Positions 1-9,462 are shown, counted from the stretch's first letter. The stretch is DNA of 64,000 nt from Flavisolibacter sp. (GCA_035554655.1 DATMIF010000004.1:8922-72921), one strand, 5' to 3'. Notes: generated from the letters alone by a model not told the origin. Translations and numbers: made by a program.

Positions 1-582
1 GTAGCACAAACAAAAATGGAATTGTTGCTGCAGGATGCTAATCTCACCAACGCACAAACAGAAACCATTGTGCAGGCAACAACCGCATTACAGAGACTAA
101 GTAAGCTCAATCAGTCCTTGCTGTTACTTGCTAAAATTGAGAACCAGCAATACGAGGCCGATACATCAATTGACCTGGTTCAGGTAACAAAAAAATATTT
201 GCAGTTGTTCGACGAGATCACTAGCGACAAACAAATTAAAGTTGTAACGCAGTTTGATGATGCTTTTGAAGTAAAGCTTCATCCCTTCCTTGCTGATTCC
301 CTAATTAGTAATTTGCTTGGGAATGCCATCAAATACAATAGTACCAATGGAAAGATAGAGATTGAGGTGAGCAAGCTTCATTATTGTATCAGCAATACTT
401 CCGAACATCCTTCCATTGATCCGCAAAAGCTGTTTAAGCGTTTTACCGCCGCAGGCAGCCGTGACACATCAACAGGTTTGGGATTAGCTATTGTTAAGCG
501 AATTGCAGATACGCACCAACTAACGGTTTCCTATACCTTCAAAAAAGAGATGCACAAATTCTGTCTCAATAAAAACCAATAG
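1..582 (+). CDS. Sensor histidine kinase, C-terminal part (5' end lies outside the window)
   Basis: The reading frame is open from base 1. HATPase_c-type motifs are present: LLGNAIKYN (N-box) and GLGLAIVKRIA (G2-box). Confidence 0.85.
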   Translation, partial: VAQTKMELLLQDANLTNAQTETIVQATTALQRLSKLNQSLLLLAKIENQQYEADTSIDLVQVTKKYLQLFDEITSDKQIKVVTQFDDAFEVKLHPFLADSLISNLLGNAIKYNSTNGKIEIEVSKLHYCISNTSEHPSIDPQKLFKRFTAAGSRDTSTGLGLAIVKRIADTHQLTVSYTFKKEMHKFCLNKNQ

Positions 583-675
583 CTATTCGCAGGTTTTCAA
601 CATCTCTGTAAACCACGCAACAACTCATATTTTCATATTGATCACTTATGTACTTTTAAGGAATATCTCACCAAT

Positions 676-1221
676 ATGAATAGAAGACAATTGATCCAGG
701 CTATGGCTGTCATTACAGGACATGCCATGTTTCCTTCTGTACTTTCATCTTTCCTTACAGGCTGCGCCAATGCGGAAATGAGTGGTTATGTTCCCACTTT
801 CTTTTCAAAAGATGAATTCAACTCCATGGCAGAAATCATCGACGTTATTATACCCGCCACTAAAACAAAATCTGCCTCGCAGGTATATATGCATGTATTC
901 CTTGACCAGGTGTTTACTCAATGCCTTGACAAGGATGCACAAACAAAACTTAAAGATGGAATCAAGGATCTGGTAAAAGGATTTAATGATGCAAAAGACA
1001 AAATCCAATATGTAACGGCAATCGATAAAAAAGCTTTTGATAAAGATGAAACTGTAGCTTATTTCAAAACCATCAAGCGTTTCACCATGATCGGTTTCTT
1101 TACCTCACAGGAAGGCGAGGAGAAGGCTAGCAACTATGTAAAGATCCCAAGTGAATACAAAGGCGAGATAGCACTCGATGCCAATACACTTAATTACGGA
1201 AAGACTAACCTGCAATACTAA
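676..1221 (+). CDS. Gluconate 2-dehydrogenase subunit 3-like small subunit, Tat-signal lipoprotein
   Basis: The N-terminus MNRRQLIQAMAVITG carries a twin-arginine motif followed by the lipobox LTGC. It sits immediately upstream of a GMC oxidoreductase, the usual pairing. Confidence 0.75.
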   Translation: MNRRQLIQAMAVITGHAMFPSVLSSFLTGCANAEMSGYVPTFFSKDEFNSMAEIIDVIIPATKTKSASQVYMHVFLDQVFTQCLDKDAQTKLKDGIKDLVKGFNDAKDKIQYVTAIDKKAFDKDETVAYFKTIKRFTMIGFFTSQEGEEKASNYVKIPSEYKGEIALDANTLNYGKTNLQY

Positions 1222-1270
1222 GACAGCCATCTTTAAAACAATTCGTGTAACAAAATCAAACTAACTGAAT

Positions 1271-2974
1271 ATGCCTTTCAACATTCTCGGTAAAGGAGTT
1301 TCAGGTAACACGTACGATGCTATTGTAATTGGTTCCGGCATCACCGGAGGTATTGCTGCCAAAGAGTTAACCGAAGCTGGTTTAAAAGTCCTCGTTCTCG
1401 AAAGAGGAAGAATGGTGGAACACATCAAAGATTACCCCACCGTTATGAAAGATCCATGGGAATTTCCACTACGTAACATGGTGCCTCTTGAAGAACAAAA
1501 GCAATACGAGGTTCAAAAAACACTTTACCTCTTTGGTGAAGACAGCAAGCATTTTTTAGTAAAGGATAGTGATCATCCATACATCCAGGACAAACCCTTC
1601 AAATGGTATCGTGGCTATCAATTAGGCGGACGATCATTGCTTTGGTCGAAGCATTGTTACCGCTACAGCAATCTCGATTTCGAAGCCAACACAAAAGAAG
1701 GCATTGGCATCGACTGGCCTATTCGTTACAAAGACATTGCTCCATGGTACGGTAAGATCGAATCTTATATTGGCATCAGTGGTAACAGGGATGGTATCGC
1801 CAATCTTCCCGACGGTAATTATTTGCCACCATTTGAAATGAATGCTTTTGAAAAACACATCAGGGAAAGACTAAGAAAGAATTTCAAAGACCGTGATCTC
1901 ATCATCGGTCGCATGGCTATTCTTACGCAAGATCATAATGGAAGACAAAAATGTCATTCACGCAACCTTTGTCACCGTGGCTGTGTGTTTGGGGCACCAT
2001 ACAGTAGCAATTCCGGAGCCTTGCCCGATGCACATAAAACAGGCAACTTAACATTGCGTCCTTTTTCCGTTGTGCATAGTTTGATCTACGATGATAATAC
2101 AAGAAGAATAAAAGGAGTGAGGGTCATTGATTCGGAAAACAATCAAAGCCTCGAGTTTTTTTCGAAGTTGGTGTTTTTGAATGCATCCACATTAGGCAGC
2201 ACACAAATTTTGTTACAATCAAAAACAAATGAATTTCCAAATGGTCTTGCCAACACAAGCGGTGCATTAGGACATTACCTCATGGACCATCATGCACTCA
2301 TTGGCGCCATTGGCGGTTACAGTGGTTTGAAGAATAGTTTTTATTATGGTCAGCGGCCGGCAAGTGTGTACATACCGAGGTTCAGGAATGTAAAACAAAA
2401 CGACCAGCCCTACCTGCGTGGCTTTGGTTTTGAAAACTATACAAGCCGCAGCGACTGGACCAGGGGCTTTGATGCGCCGGGCATTGGCGCCGAATGGAAA
2501 GAAAGCATGACGAAGCCCGGCGACTGGTTTGCTTATTTTGAAGCCTATGGTGAAACGCTTCCCGATCACAACAACATGGTTACGCTTAGCGAAGACAAAA
2601 AAGATAAATGGGGTTTGCCTTTGCTGAAAATATCGATGGAGTACAGAGAGAATGAGAGGAAGATGCGTGTGGACATGCAGCAAACAGCAGTTGATATGTT
2701 GAAGGCAGCCGAACTGGATTGGGTGAGTCCATTTGATTACAAAGGTGCGCCGGGAACTGTTATCCACGAAATGGGTACGGCACGCATGGGCAACGATCCA
2801 AAAACTTCTGTGCTCAACAAATGGAACCAAAGCCACGACATTGCTAATTTGTTTGTAACCGATGGTTCGTGCATGGTTTCATCGCCCTGCCAAAATCCAT
2901 CGCTCACTTATATGGCGCTTACTGCAAGGGCTTGCGATTATGCGGTGAAGGAGTTGAAGAATGGGAGTATTTAG
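1271..2974 (+). CDS. GMC-family FAD oxidoreductase (sugar or glycoside dehydrogenase-like large subunit)
   Basis: Rossmann FAD motif DAIVIGSGITGG...LVLERG. C-terminal GMC-type HEMGTARMG and NLFVTDGS motifs. No signal peptide of its own. Confidence 0.9.
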   Translation: MPFNILGKGVSGNTYDAIVIGSGITGGIAAKELTEAGLKVLVLERGRMVEHIKDYPTVMKDPWEFPLRNMVPLEEQKQYEVQKTLYLFGEDSKHFLVKDSDHPYIQDKPFKWYRGYQLGGRSLLWSKHCYRYSNLDFEANTKEGIGIDWPIRYKDIAPWYGKIESYIGISGNRDGIANLPDGNYLPPFEMNAFEKHIRERLRKNFKDRDLIIGRMAILTQDHNGRQKCHSRNLCHRGCVFGAPYSSNSGALPDAHKTGNLTLRPFSVVHSLIYDDNTRRIKGVRVIDSENNQSLEFFSKLVFLNASTLGSTQILLQSKTNEFPNGLANTSGALGHYLMDHHALIGAIGGYSGLKNSFYYGQRPASVYIPRFRNVKQNDQPYLRGFGFENYTSRSDWTRGFDAPGIGAEWKESMTKPGDWFAYFEAYGETLPDHNNMVTLSEDKKDKWGLPLLKISMEYRENERKMRVDMQQTAVDMLKAAELDWVSPFDYKGAPGTVIHEMGTARMGNDPKTSVLNKWNQSHDIANLFVTDGSCMVSSPCQNPSLTYMALTARACDYAVKELKNGSI

Positions 2975-3103
2975 TATTAGCCAAACGACATTACTACTAT
3001 TAATAGTCTTTTGCGTCGCACTCTTGTACGGTTGGCAATTCTTATCATCAAAGCCACAAACAGTCTTTACTGTTTCAATCGTTCATAAACCACATTCTAC
3101 AGA

Positions 3104-3218
3104 TCCTTCCTGCGTTAGGAGGACAAATGAGAGTGTTTAGTGTGTTTGTAACACTCTCATAACTTTAAGAGGTAAAACGTGCATTACCTCTAGCTTGTCA
3201 TGGTGAGGAACGAACCAT
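3104..3218. repeat. Cluster of four consecutive stem-loops in an intergenic region
   Basis: Perfect 10-bp stem 3128-3137/3150-3159 (tgagagtgtt/aacactctca). An 8-bp stem 3168-3175/3184-3191. Weaker stems at 3104-3123 and 3200-3218. No T-tract follows. Confidence 0.5.
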
Positions 3219-3338
3219 CTTTGCTTTGTGTGTGGAGAAATTTTGAGGCAGACTACTTTATTGCTTTACGTTTTTATTTTCTTCAAATAATTATAACAAA
3301 TAATACCCAATCATCAATGTCTGATTTTACATTTAGGT

Positions 3339-3572
3339 TCACCGGCAAATAATCTCAACATCGGGTTTAATTCCAATATTATCAATTGGGTATTTCGGTA
3401 ATCTTGCTGATTGCGTCATAGGATATTTGATATACAATCCCTTCTTTAATAAATTCTCAGGAACACCATTCGAATAATCTAAAACTCCGAATGTTTCAGT
3501 TCCAAAAACAGTAGTTTTTTTACCGTCGCGGCGTGAAAGAGCAAATGATGTGAATATCGTTTTGTCAGTTAT
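3339..3572 (-). pseudogene. C-terminal relic of an S41-type (tail-specific protease-like) peptidase
   Basis: The minus-strand frame reads ITDKTIFTSFALSRRDGKKTTVFGTETFGVLDYSNGVPENLLKKGLYIKYPMTQSARLPKYPIDNIGIKPDVEIICR then a stop. There is an upstream in-frame stop at 3573-3575 and no start codon. The pattern resembles the S41 C-terminus (GE.T.G ... GI.PD). Confidence 0.4.
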
Positions 3573-3649
3573 TTACAACAATATCTTTGTGGACGAACCT
3601 ACCTGTTGTTTGCAGCAATTGCTCCGCAACAAGAGTGTAAAAAGAAACT

Positions 3650-3877
3650 ATGATCGGGTTATTAATCTTTGCTGTTGTTACGCTTGGGATATTAATTTTC
3701 AGAACCTATCGCTTAGTACAATACTTTAAGGAAGCAAACAGTAATCCAACTCCCAAAGGCAGGCGTATTGCTTACATAAACTTTGCTATTCACTTATTCG
3801 TTTGCCTGGTTATAATATACTGTATAGGAAAAATTGTTTACGGAATGGTTATTTACGGAATGATGCGTGGGGAATAA
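3650..3877 (+). CDS. Small hypothetical membrane protein (two predicted TM helices)
   Basis: ORF with two hydrophobic stretches. No recognisable family. Confidence 0.3.
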   Translation: MIGLLIFAVVTLGILIFRTYRLVQYFKEANSNPTPKGRRIAYINFAIHLFVCLVIIYCIGKIVYGMVIYGMMRGE

Positions 3878-3912
3878 CCATTTTTTTTAAATGCCTCAGT
3901 GGTGCGACACAT

Positions 3913-4617
3913 CTATTTGTTGACCGCTGTGTACGATTTCGAGCCGATACGTTTATTATTCTGTGTAACAGTTATCAAAAAACTTCCTTTTCTTGAAGGG
4001 AAAACTTCAAATTTGTTTTCAGCAATTCTTTTTATAGTTGCACCTGTCGTAACAGATATTGATACATTGCCTTTTGATCCACTAATTTCAATCACGTTCT
4101 TAATTGCAATATAGAGGATGGCTGAATCAGGATTTTTTAAACTTGTGTTTTTAATTTGAATCAGTGGGGTTGCGGTTTGCTTTTGTTCCGGCTGAGTCGA
4201 TTCGTTCATTTTTGGTTTGCATACCATTTTTAATTCTCCTTCCGCAAATCCATTTTTATCTGTATTCATTTGCATTATGAGCATGCTGTTATTCAGACCG
4301 GTAATCACACCTGTGTTTTTGTTGTAGGTAACTATTTTAACGCGTTTGTTTTTTACATCGTAAATCCATGAACCCCTTGTTTTGTCTTTGTCTGTAGCAG
4401 CACTGGTTGTCATGATCACGGTACCATTTTTGAGAAACTCGTAATTGATCTCTGTTGCACCCGGCGGTTGTTCAATTTTCATATTGCCCATCAACGCGTA
4501 ATCAACCTGCCATTTTTTACAAAGCAGGGTGTTGACACTGTCAATGGAGAGATTGATGTTTTGCGAGAATGTACTGATGGTCAAAAATGTAAGTAAAAAG
4601 GATAGAATCATTCTCAT
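3913..4617 (-). CDS. Hypothetical exported protein
   Basis: Signal peptide MRMILSFLLTFLTISTFSQ. No recognisable catalytic motifs. Confidence 0.6.
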   Translation of the reverse strand: MRMILSFLLTFLTISTFSQNINLSIDSVNTLLCKKWQVDYALMGNMKIEQPPGATEINYEFLKNGTVIMTTSAATDKDKTRGSWIYDVKNKRVKIVTYNKNTGVITGLNNSMLIMQMNTDKNGFAEGELKMVCKPKMNESTQPEQKQTATPLIQIKNTSLKNPDSAILYIAIKNVIEISGSKGNVSISVTTGATIKRIAENKFEVFPSRKGSFLITVTQNNKRIGSKSYTAVNK

Positions 4618-4731
4618 GCGAAATATTTCTTTTCGAGATTATAAAGCTAAACTGTTATTGACGATAAATACCAGAACTTTTCTCAGTCCACACTGTATAA
4701 ATCAGCAGTAAGACTATGAAAGTGAAACGGT

Positions 4732-5169
4732 TTAACTTGCTTTTTTCTTTGTTCCTTCATTAATGTTAATGATCTGCTTTAACCGGTCGATAAGGAGTCC
4801 ATTCTTTGGTGGCACAGAAATAAACCTGGTTACTACCTTGTTTTCTACATTGGTATATTCTAAAACGAAGACAAAGTAAGGGCCCGATGGCAGTCTGTTT
4901 ATAATGGGCACATAAAATATCTTGTTTATTCGCAGGTAATCAATCTTTTTCCCGCCTTTCATTAAAATAATTTGTTCGCTTTCATCAATGAAGACACTTA
5001 TAAAATTGAAGTTGTAATAAAACGGGCCTGTCAAAAAAATCAGTAAGACAGATAATCCTATCAACGTTGATGCTCGTGTTGACAAAAATAAATTGATGAT
5101 TACGGCTATAATGCACACAACAACTATGGTAAGGTTCAATCTTCTCTCTCCCGAGGTTATTTCACGCAT
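4732..5169 (-). CDS. Hypothetical membrane protein
   Basis: Two N-terminal TM segments followed by a small soluble domain. No recognisable family. Confidence 0.45.
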   Translation of the reverse strand: MREITSGERRLNLTIVVVCIIAVIINLFLSTRASTLIGLSVLLIFLTGPFYYNFNFISVFIDESEQIILMKGGKKIDYLRINKIFYVPIINRLPSGPYFVFVLEYTNVENKVVTRFISVPPKNGLLIDRLKQIININEGTKKKAS

Positions 5170-5200
5170 CTTAAAATTTTTTATACCGACACCTAGAACC

Positions 5201-6787
5201 TCACTTAACCCTCACCAGTTCCACATCATCCACCAAACACCATGCATTAGCTTCGGCTTCTGCAATAAAGCCGATCTCTATCTTTCCTTTTTTTACAGGT
5301 ATTTTATCAATGCTGATGACAGTCCATGATGCGTTTTGCTTGATGTTGTACGTAAACATCTTTTCATTGCTCTCAGCATACATCTGAAGCTTTGAGAATC
5401 CGTCGGAGTTCTTCACTTTCGCTGTGAGTTTGTAGGTTCCGTCTTTCAGCGGCACAAACGGTGTAGATGCAATAAGCTGTGAAATCTTTCTTTTGAAATC
5501 AACCTTATCGCTGATATTCAAACTGTGTTCGCCAATTACTTCCTTTCTTTCTTCCTGCGTGTTGTTATGGTTTAAAACAGGAGAGGAGTTGCTATCGAGA
5601 CTGGGCTTGTTGCCTTGTATCACCGTGGTTGTCCAACCGAGTAATTCTATTTGCACGGGTTTAACACGACTTGGAATTAGTTTCCTGTCTGCCTCAAAGC
5701 TGGCATTTCTTACATAGTTGTTATCATCAGCAACTTTCCATCCGCCTGTTTTTTCATTGAGCTGCCATGAACTGAGTGAATTGAAATAAGGAACAGTATC
5801 GTTAAAAGAAATAGGAAACCATTGATTGTAGCCTAAACCGTTTCCTGCAAAATCGGCCCACCTGTCGCCGCAGTAAACAATTGTTTCCTGCTTGCTTCCT
5901 TTTACAGAAAAGAAAAAACCGGTTTGTGTAACGTGTGCGTAATCGTTTTCGGCACCTTTTACCACCAGCATTTCATTTTTCGGCAGATATGGTCCACGAA
6001 TGTTGTCAGCCACCATGTAATAGGCATTGGACCCATCCCAGCCATATAAATTGGATGCACACATATAATACCTGCCGTTGTATTTGAACAGGCAGTTGCC
6101 TTCGCGGCCTTCGCCCCTAAACACTTCTGTACAATCAAGCAAATTCACCTTGCCATCTTTTACGCCGATCTCTGAAACATAGATTTTATTTCTACCGCTA
6201 CCGTATGAATAAATGAGATAGGATTTACCATCATCTTCATCTGTAAATACAGTTTGATCGCCGGTGTTGGTAGTGCCAATCATTTCCTTCATGCTTATTT
6301 TTTGATGCCATGCGAAAGGGCCTGTTGGTGTATTGGCAACAGCGATGAGCACCTGGTCGCCGTGTTGTACAAACATGGCATATTGCTTTAACTCTTTAAT
6401 ATAGGCAACGCCTAAACGTCCCACCCACGTTAATCTTTCGTGCTTCAACAGTTCTTCCTTAGTAAGCACATTTGCTTCAAAGGCCCAGTTAACAGCATCT
6501 GTAGAAGTGTAACAGGTGACGGCTTCAAAGCTGCTTCTCGGTTGGGTTACAGAAGGATCATTTCGATAAACCTCCGCTTCTTTATAGTGAACTCCATACC
6601 AGTAGTATTTCATTTTGCCTGAAGCAGGATCAGTGAATTTGAATATGCCACCTCCCTGGCTATAAATGGGAAGACCCTCTTTTGTATTCCAGAAAATATC
6701 GTTTTTAATATGCTGATACTGTGCATCTGCAATGAAGCAGTTTAACAATAGCATGCACAAGAATGAAAAGTAATTTGATGTTTTCAA
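5201..6787 (-). CDS. GH43-like five-bladed beta-propeller glycosidase with a C-terminal carbohydrate-binding-like domain
   Basis: Signal peptide. Propeller-type repeats (YYWYGVHY, CYTSTDAVNWAF, YMCASNLYGWDGS). The C-terminal beta-sandwich begins NASFEAD. By eye it resembles exo-beta-1,3-galactanase-type GH43 members. Confidence 0.75.
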   Translation of the reverse strand: MKTSNYFSFLCMLLLNCFIADAQYQHIKNDIFWNTKEGLPIYSQGGGIFKFTDPASGKMKYYWYGVHYKEAEVYRNDPSVTQPRSSFEAVTCYTSTDAVNWAFEANVLTKEELLKHERLTWVGRLGVAYIKELKQYAMFVQHGDQVLIAVANTPTGPFAWHQKISMKEMIGTTNTGDQTVFTDEDDGKSYLIYSYGSGRNKIYVSEIGVKDGKVNLLDCTEVFRGEGREGNCLFKYNGRYYMCASNLYGWDGSNAYYMVADNIRGPYLPKNEMLVVKGAENDYAHVTQTGFFFSVKGSKQETIVYCGDRWADFAGNGLGYNQWFPISFNDTVPYFNSLSSWQLNEKTGGWKVADDNNYVRNASFEADRKLIPSRVKPVQIELLGWTTTVIQGNKPSLDSNSSPVLNHNNTQEERKEVIGEHSLNISDKVDFKRKISQLIASTPFVPLKDGTYKLTAKVKNSDGFSKLQMYAESNEKMFTYNIKQNASWTVISIDKIPVKKGKIEIGFIAEAEANAWCLVDDVELVRVK

Positions 6788-6814
6788 GTTTATTGATTTA
6801 ATGTTTTGATTCGA

Positions 6815-8248
6815 TTATTCTTTGATGACGATTTTACCAAGCGAAATGCTATAGCCTTTACTGCCTGAACGTCTCCCGCTTTTTTCTACCCAATACCAGT
6901 TTTCACCCAATACAGAAACAGTTATAGTATAATTATCTTTTGGAAGAAGTGGACTTATAAATTTTAGTGTTGACACAGGGTATTTGCAATACATGTCGAT
7001 ATTGGAAAACAAAATAGTTTTGCCTTTGCTGTTTTGAATGCCGACATGTGCATATCCGCCATCAGGACGAGCCAATCCATAAAAGCCTATTTGTCTTGCT
7101 TTAGCTGTGAATGAGAATGAACCTCCTTTTTCTTTTGAAGTTTTTACAGATAATGTATCGTTCTTCCAGTTACCTGAATAATGGATTTTTGTATCGAAGG
7201 CGTTAACGCTTTTTACGCCTGATGTTCCTAAGAAAACTTTTCCTGTAGAGAGATCTACTTTCCATGCTTCCATATAAGCAGGCATGGAAAGATTGTATCC
7301 GTTAACAGTAAGAGGTTGCCAAACATAGGTAGCGGCCGAAGCCTGTTTAGGAAACGACCAGCGATCGCCCATGAACATGAAAGTAGTTTCTTTTAAACCG
7401 TGTATAGCTAATACAAAAGTTGTTTGCGAGTTCCATGTAAGTGTGCCTTGCGGCGCAAAATTGCCTCTATAGATCCACGGGCCTTTTAACGATGTTGCTG
7501 TGTAATAATAGTTTTCGTTGCGTTCCCATCCGCTCAGATCAGAACCAAGAAAATAATAAAGACTGTCTTTGTGGAAGATCGCGGGAGCTTCAAATCCGCG
7601 GGCCATTGCTTTGTTCACCTGTTCGGTAATGCTTCGATAATCATCACTGAGCTTGTAAATATCTCCTCCGTGCAGCAATAGATAACCAATGCCATCCTCA
7701 TCCTGAAAAGTCCCCATATCCCATTTGCGGATTGGCCTGCCATTAAAAAGCAACGGTCCTTTGAATGTATATGGTCCAGCAACATTTTTTGATGTGGCAT
7801 ATCCAACAAATTGGTCAACGTAACCGAATGTGTCCACATGCATATACATAATATACTCGCCTGTAGAGGGACATTTCATCAGTTTTGGTCTTTCGCCAAC
7901 ACGATTGGGTCCTAATTTGCCTGATGACTGTAAAGGCAATGCGATGCTTTCAAACTTCCAGTTGAATAGATCATCGGAGGAATAGCAATTAAAGCCTGCA
8001 AAAGCATTGCTGGTATCTGTATGGCGCTCGCCAAAAAGATAGAAACGATCTTTGTCTTTTATAATGTTTGCTCCGTGTGCACTAACCACATTTTCTTTAT
8101 CATCAAACCAGGGAACTCCGGAGTAAATAGCGTTGTATGCCTTTTGTCTTTGAGAAAAAGAGGTAATAGGATTAATCAGTAAAAAGCAAATAAAAAAATA
8201 CGTTGAGATTGTCTTAGCCAATGAATTCATAAGCAGCAATTCGTTCAT
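6815..8248 (-). CDS. GH43-like beta-propeller glycosidase plus a C-terminal beta-sandwich
   Basis: VPWFDDKENVVSAHGANII..FYLFGERH and CYSSDDLFNWKFE motifs are typical of GH43 propellers. It is a paralog of the adjacent gene. The alternative start at 8230 (MNSLAK) gives a cleaner signal peptide. Confidence 0.75.
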   Translation of the reverse strand: MNELLLMNSLAKTISTYFFICFLLINPITSFSQRQKAYNAIYSGVPWFDDKENVVSAHGANIIKDKDRFYLFGERHTDTSNAFAGFNCYSSDDLFNWKFESIALPLQSSGKLGPNRVGERPKLMKCPSTGEYIMYMHVDTFGYVDQFVGYATSKNVAGPYTFKGPLLFNGRPIRKWDMGTFQDEDGIGYLLLHGGDIYKLSDDYRSITEQVNKAMARGFEAPAIFHKDSLYYFLGSDLSGWERNENYYYTATSLKGPWIYRGNFAPQGTLTWNSQTTFVLAIHGLKETTFMFMGDRWSFPKQASAATYVWQPLTVNGYNLSMPAYMEAWKVDLSTGKVFLGTSGVKSVNAFDTKIHYSGNWKNDTLSVKTSKEKGGSFSFTAKARQIGFYGLARPDGGYAHVGIQNSKGKTILFSNIDMYCKYPVSTLKFISPLLPKDNYTITVSVLGENWYWVEKSGRRSGSKGYSISLGKIVIKE

Positions 8249-8378
8249 TAAGAACCCTAAATATTTGCAATTTTTATAGCTATGGCATCCTATACAATCC
8301 TGCTTTGCTCAGTGCTTCAATGAAAGAACAGGATGGCAGGTTTTTGTTCTTTATTACTTTACGCTTTTAGTTTGTTAT

Positions 8379-9455
8379 ATGATGCGAAGTTTATTTTCAT
8401 TTTTAATGCTGTTTGTATTTTCAATTTGCTTTGCTCAAAGGGCAAAAGATTCCGTTGCTAACAAAACCAAACGATTAACACTGGTTGCTGAATATAAAGG
8501 TCCTTTAATTGGGATTGATCATCCTGATGTTATTGCAAGTAACAACAAATCTGGTTTTGAGACTGGGCAGATTGTAAAGCTCAATGGCGTTTACCACATG
8601 TTTGTCAACGAAATGTTTGACAGGCCGCATAGGGACCTACGTATATCTTATTGGACAAGCAGGAATGCCCTGAACTGGAAACGTCAATCAATTGTTGTAT
8701 CAAGTATTCCGGGAAGAACAGCAACCAATCCACGTTCGGAGGTATGGGTGACGGCAGTTGTTTATAATGAAGATGAAGATGCATGGAATATATTTTACGT
8801 GGCATACAGGGCAGGCGATAGTACTCGTGGTGAAATTGCAGGCAATGATTATGAAGGAAGGATATGGCGTGCCAAATCAGTAATTAATGGTATGGATGGT
8901 ATTGCCGGGCCATATGCTGATATGGGAATTGTGTTGCAACCAGATAGCACTTCTCAACCGTGGGAGGGGCAACAGGCTGTTGCTTCTTTTTCTCCTTACC
9001 AGGTGAATAAAAAATGGTTTGCTATTTATGATGGGCATTTTCATACACCACGTGGTCCATGGCCCGATGGTATGGCTTTCGCACAAAAACTAAATGGCCC
9101 ATGGACAAGAATGCCGGAGGGATTCAACCCGTTGAACATAGTTGATTCTTTTGCTGAAAACCATGTGGTCTCGAGATTAAGAGACGGCAGGTATTTAATG
9201 GTGTTTGATTCGCTTGGCGACCAGGAAATAGGGTATAGTACTTCTGAAGATGGAGTGCACTGGAAACACGAAACAAGGGTGAAAGTGCAATCGCCAAAAA
9301 ACTTATGGGCAGAACCGGGAGATCATTACACACGAACACCGCTTTGTGCTATTGAGGAAGATGATGGAACCTTTACTGTTATTTATACAGCAATGATGAA
9401 GGTTAGCAACAGGAATTTTTATGCAATTGGAAAGTGTACGCTGGCTTGGAAGTAG
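8379..9455 (+). CDS. Uncharacterised exported beta-propeller protein (GH43/GH32 clan-like fold)
   Basis: Signal peptide MMRSLFSFLMLFVFSICFAQ. Repeated W/Y-rich blade motifs (YHMFVNEM, NIFYVAYRAG, WFAIYDGH, YLMVFDS). The family is not resolved. Confidence 0.5.
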   Translation: MMRSLFSFLMLFVFSICFAQRAKDSVANKTKRLTLVAEYKGPLIGIDHPDVIASNNKSGFETGQIVKLNGVYHMFVNEMFDRPHRDLRISYWTSRNALNWKRQSIVVSSIPGRTATNPRSEVWVTAVVYNEDEDAWNIFYVAYRAGDSTRGEIAGNDYEGRIWRAKSVINGMDGIAGPYADMGIVLQPDSTSQPWEGQQAVASFSPYQVNKKWFAIYDGHFHTPRGPWPDGMAFAQKLNGPWTRMPEGFNPLNIVDSFAENHVVSRLRDGRYLMVFDSLGDQEIGYSTSEDGVHWKHETRVKVQSPKNLWAEPGDHYTRTPLCAIEEDDGTFTVIYTAMMKVSNRNFYAIGKCTLAWK

Positions 9456-9462
9456 GACGAAA

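Noticed and set aside
2267-2836. A 189-aa antisense ORF inside the GMC oxidoreductase gene. Similar long antisense ORFs occur at 47755-48270, 28442-28840, 59685-60065, 45540-45968, 49038-49469, 39350-39775 and 32891-33373.
   Set aside because: These are shadow ORFs fully embedded opposite genes with strong family signatures. Their composition is odd (Cys/His/Arg-rich or low complexity) and they have no motifs.
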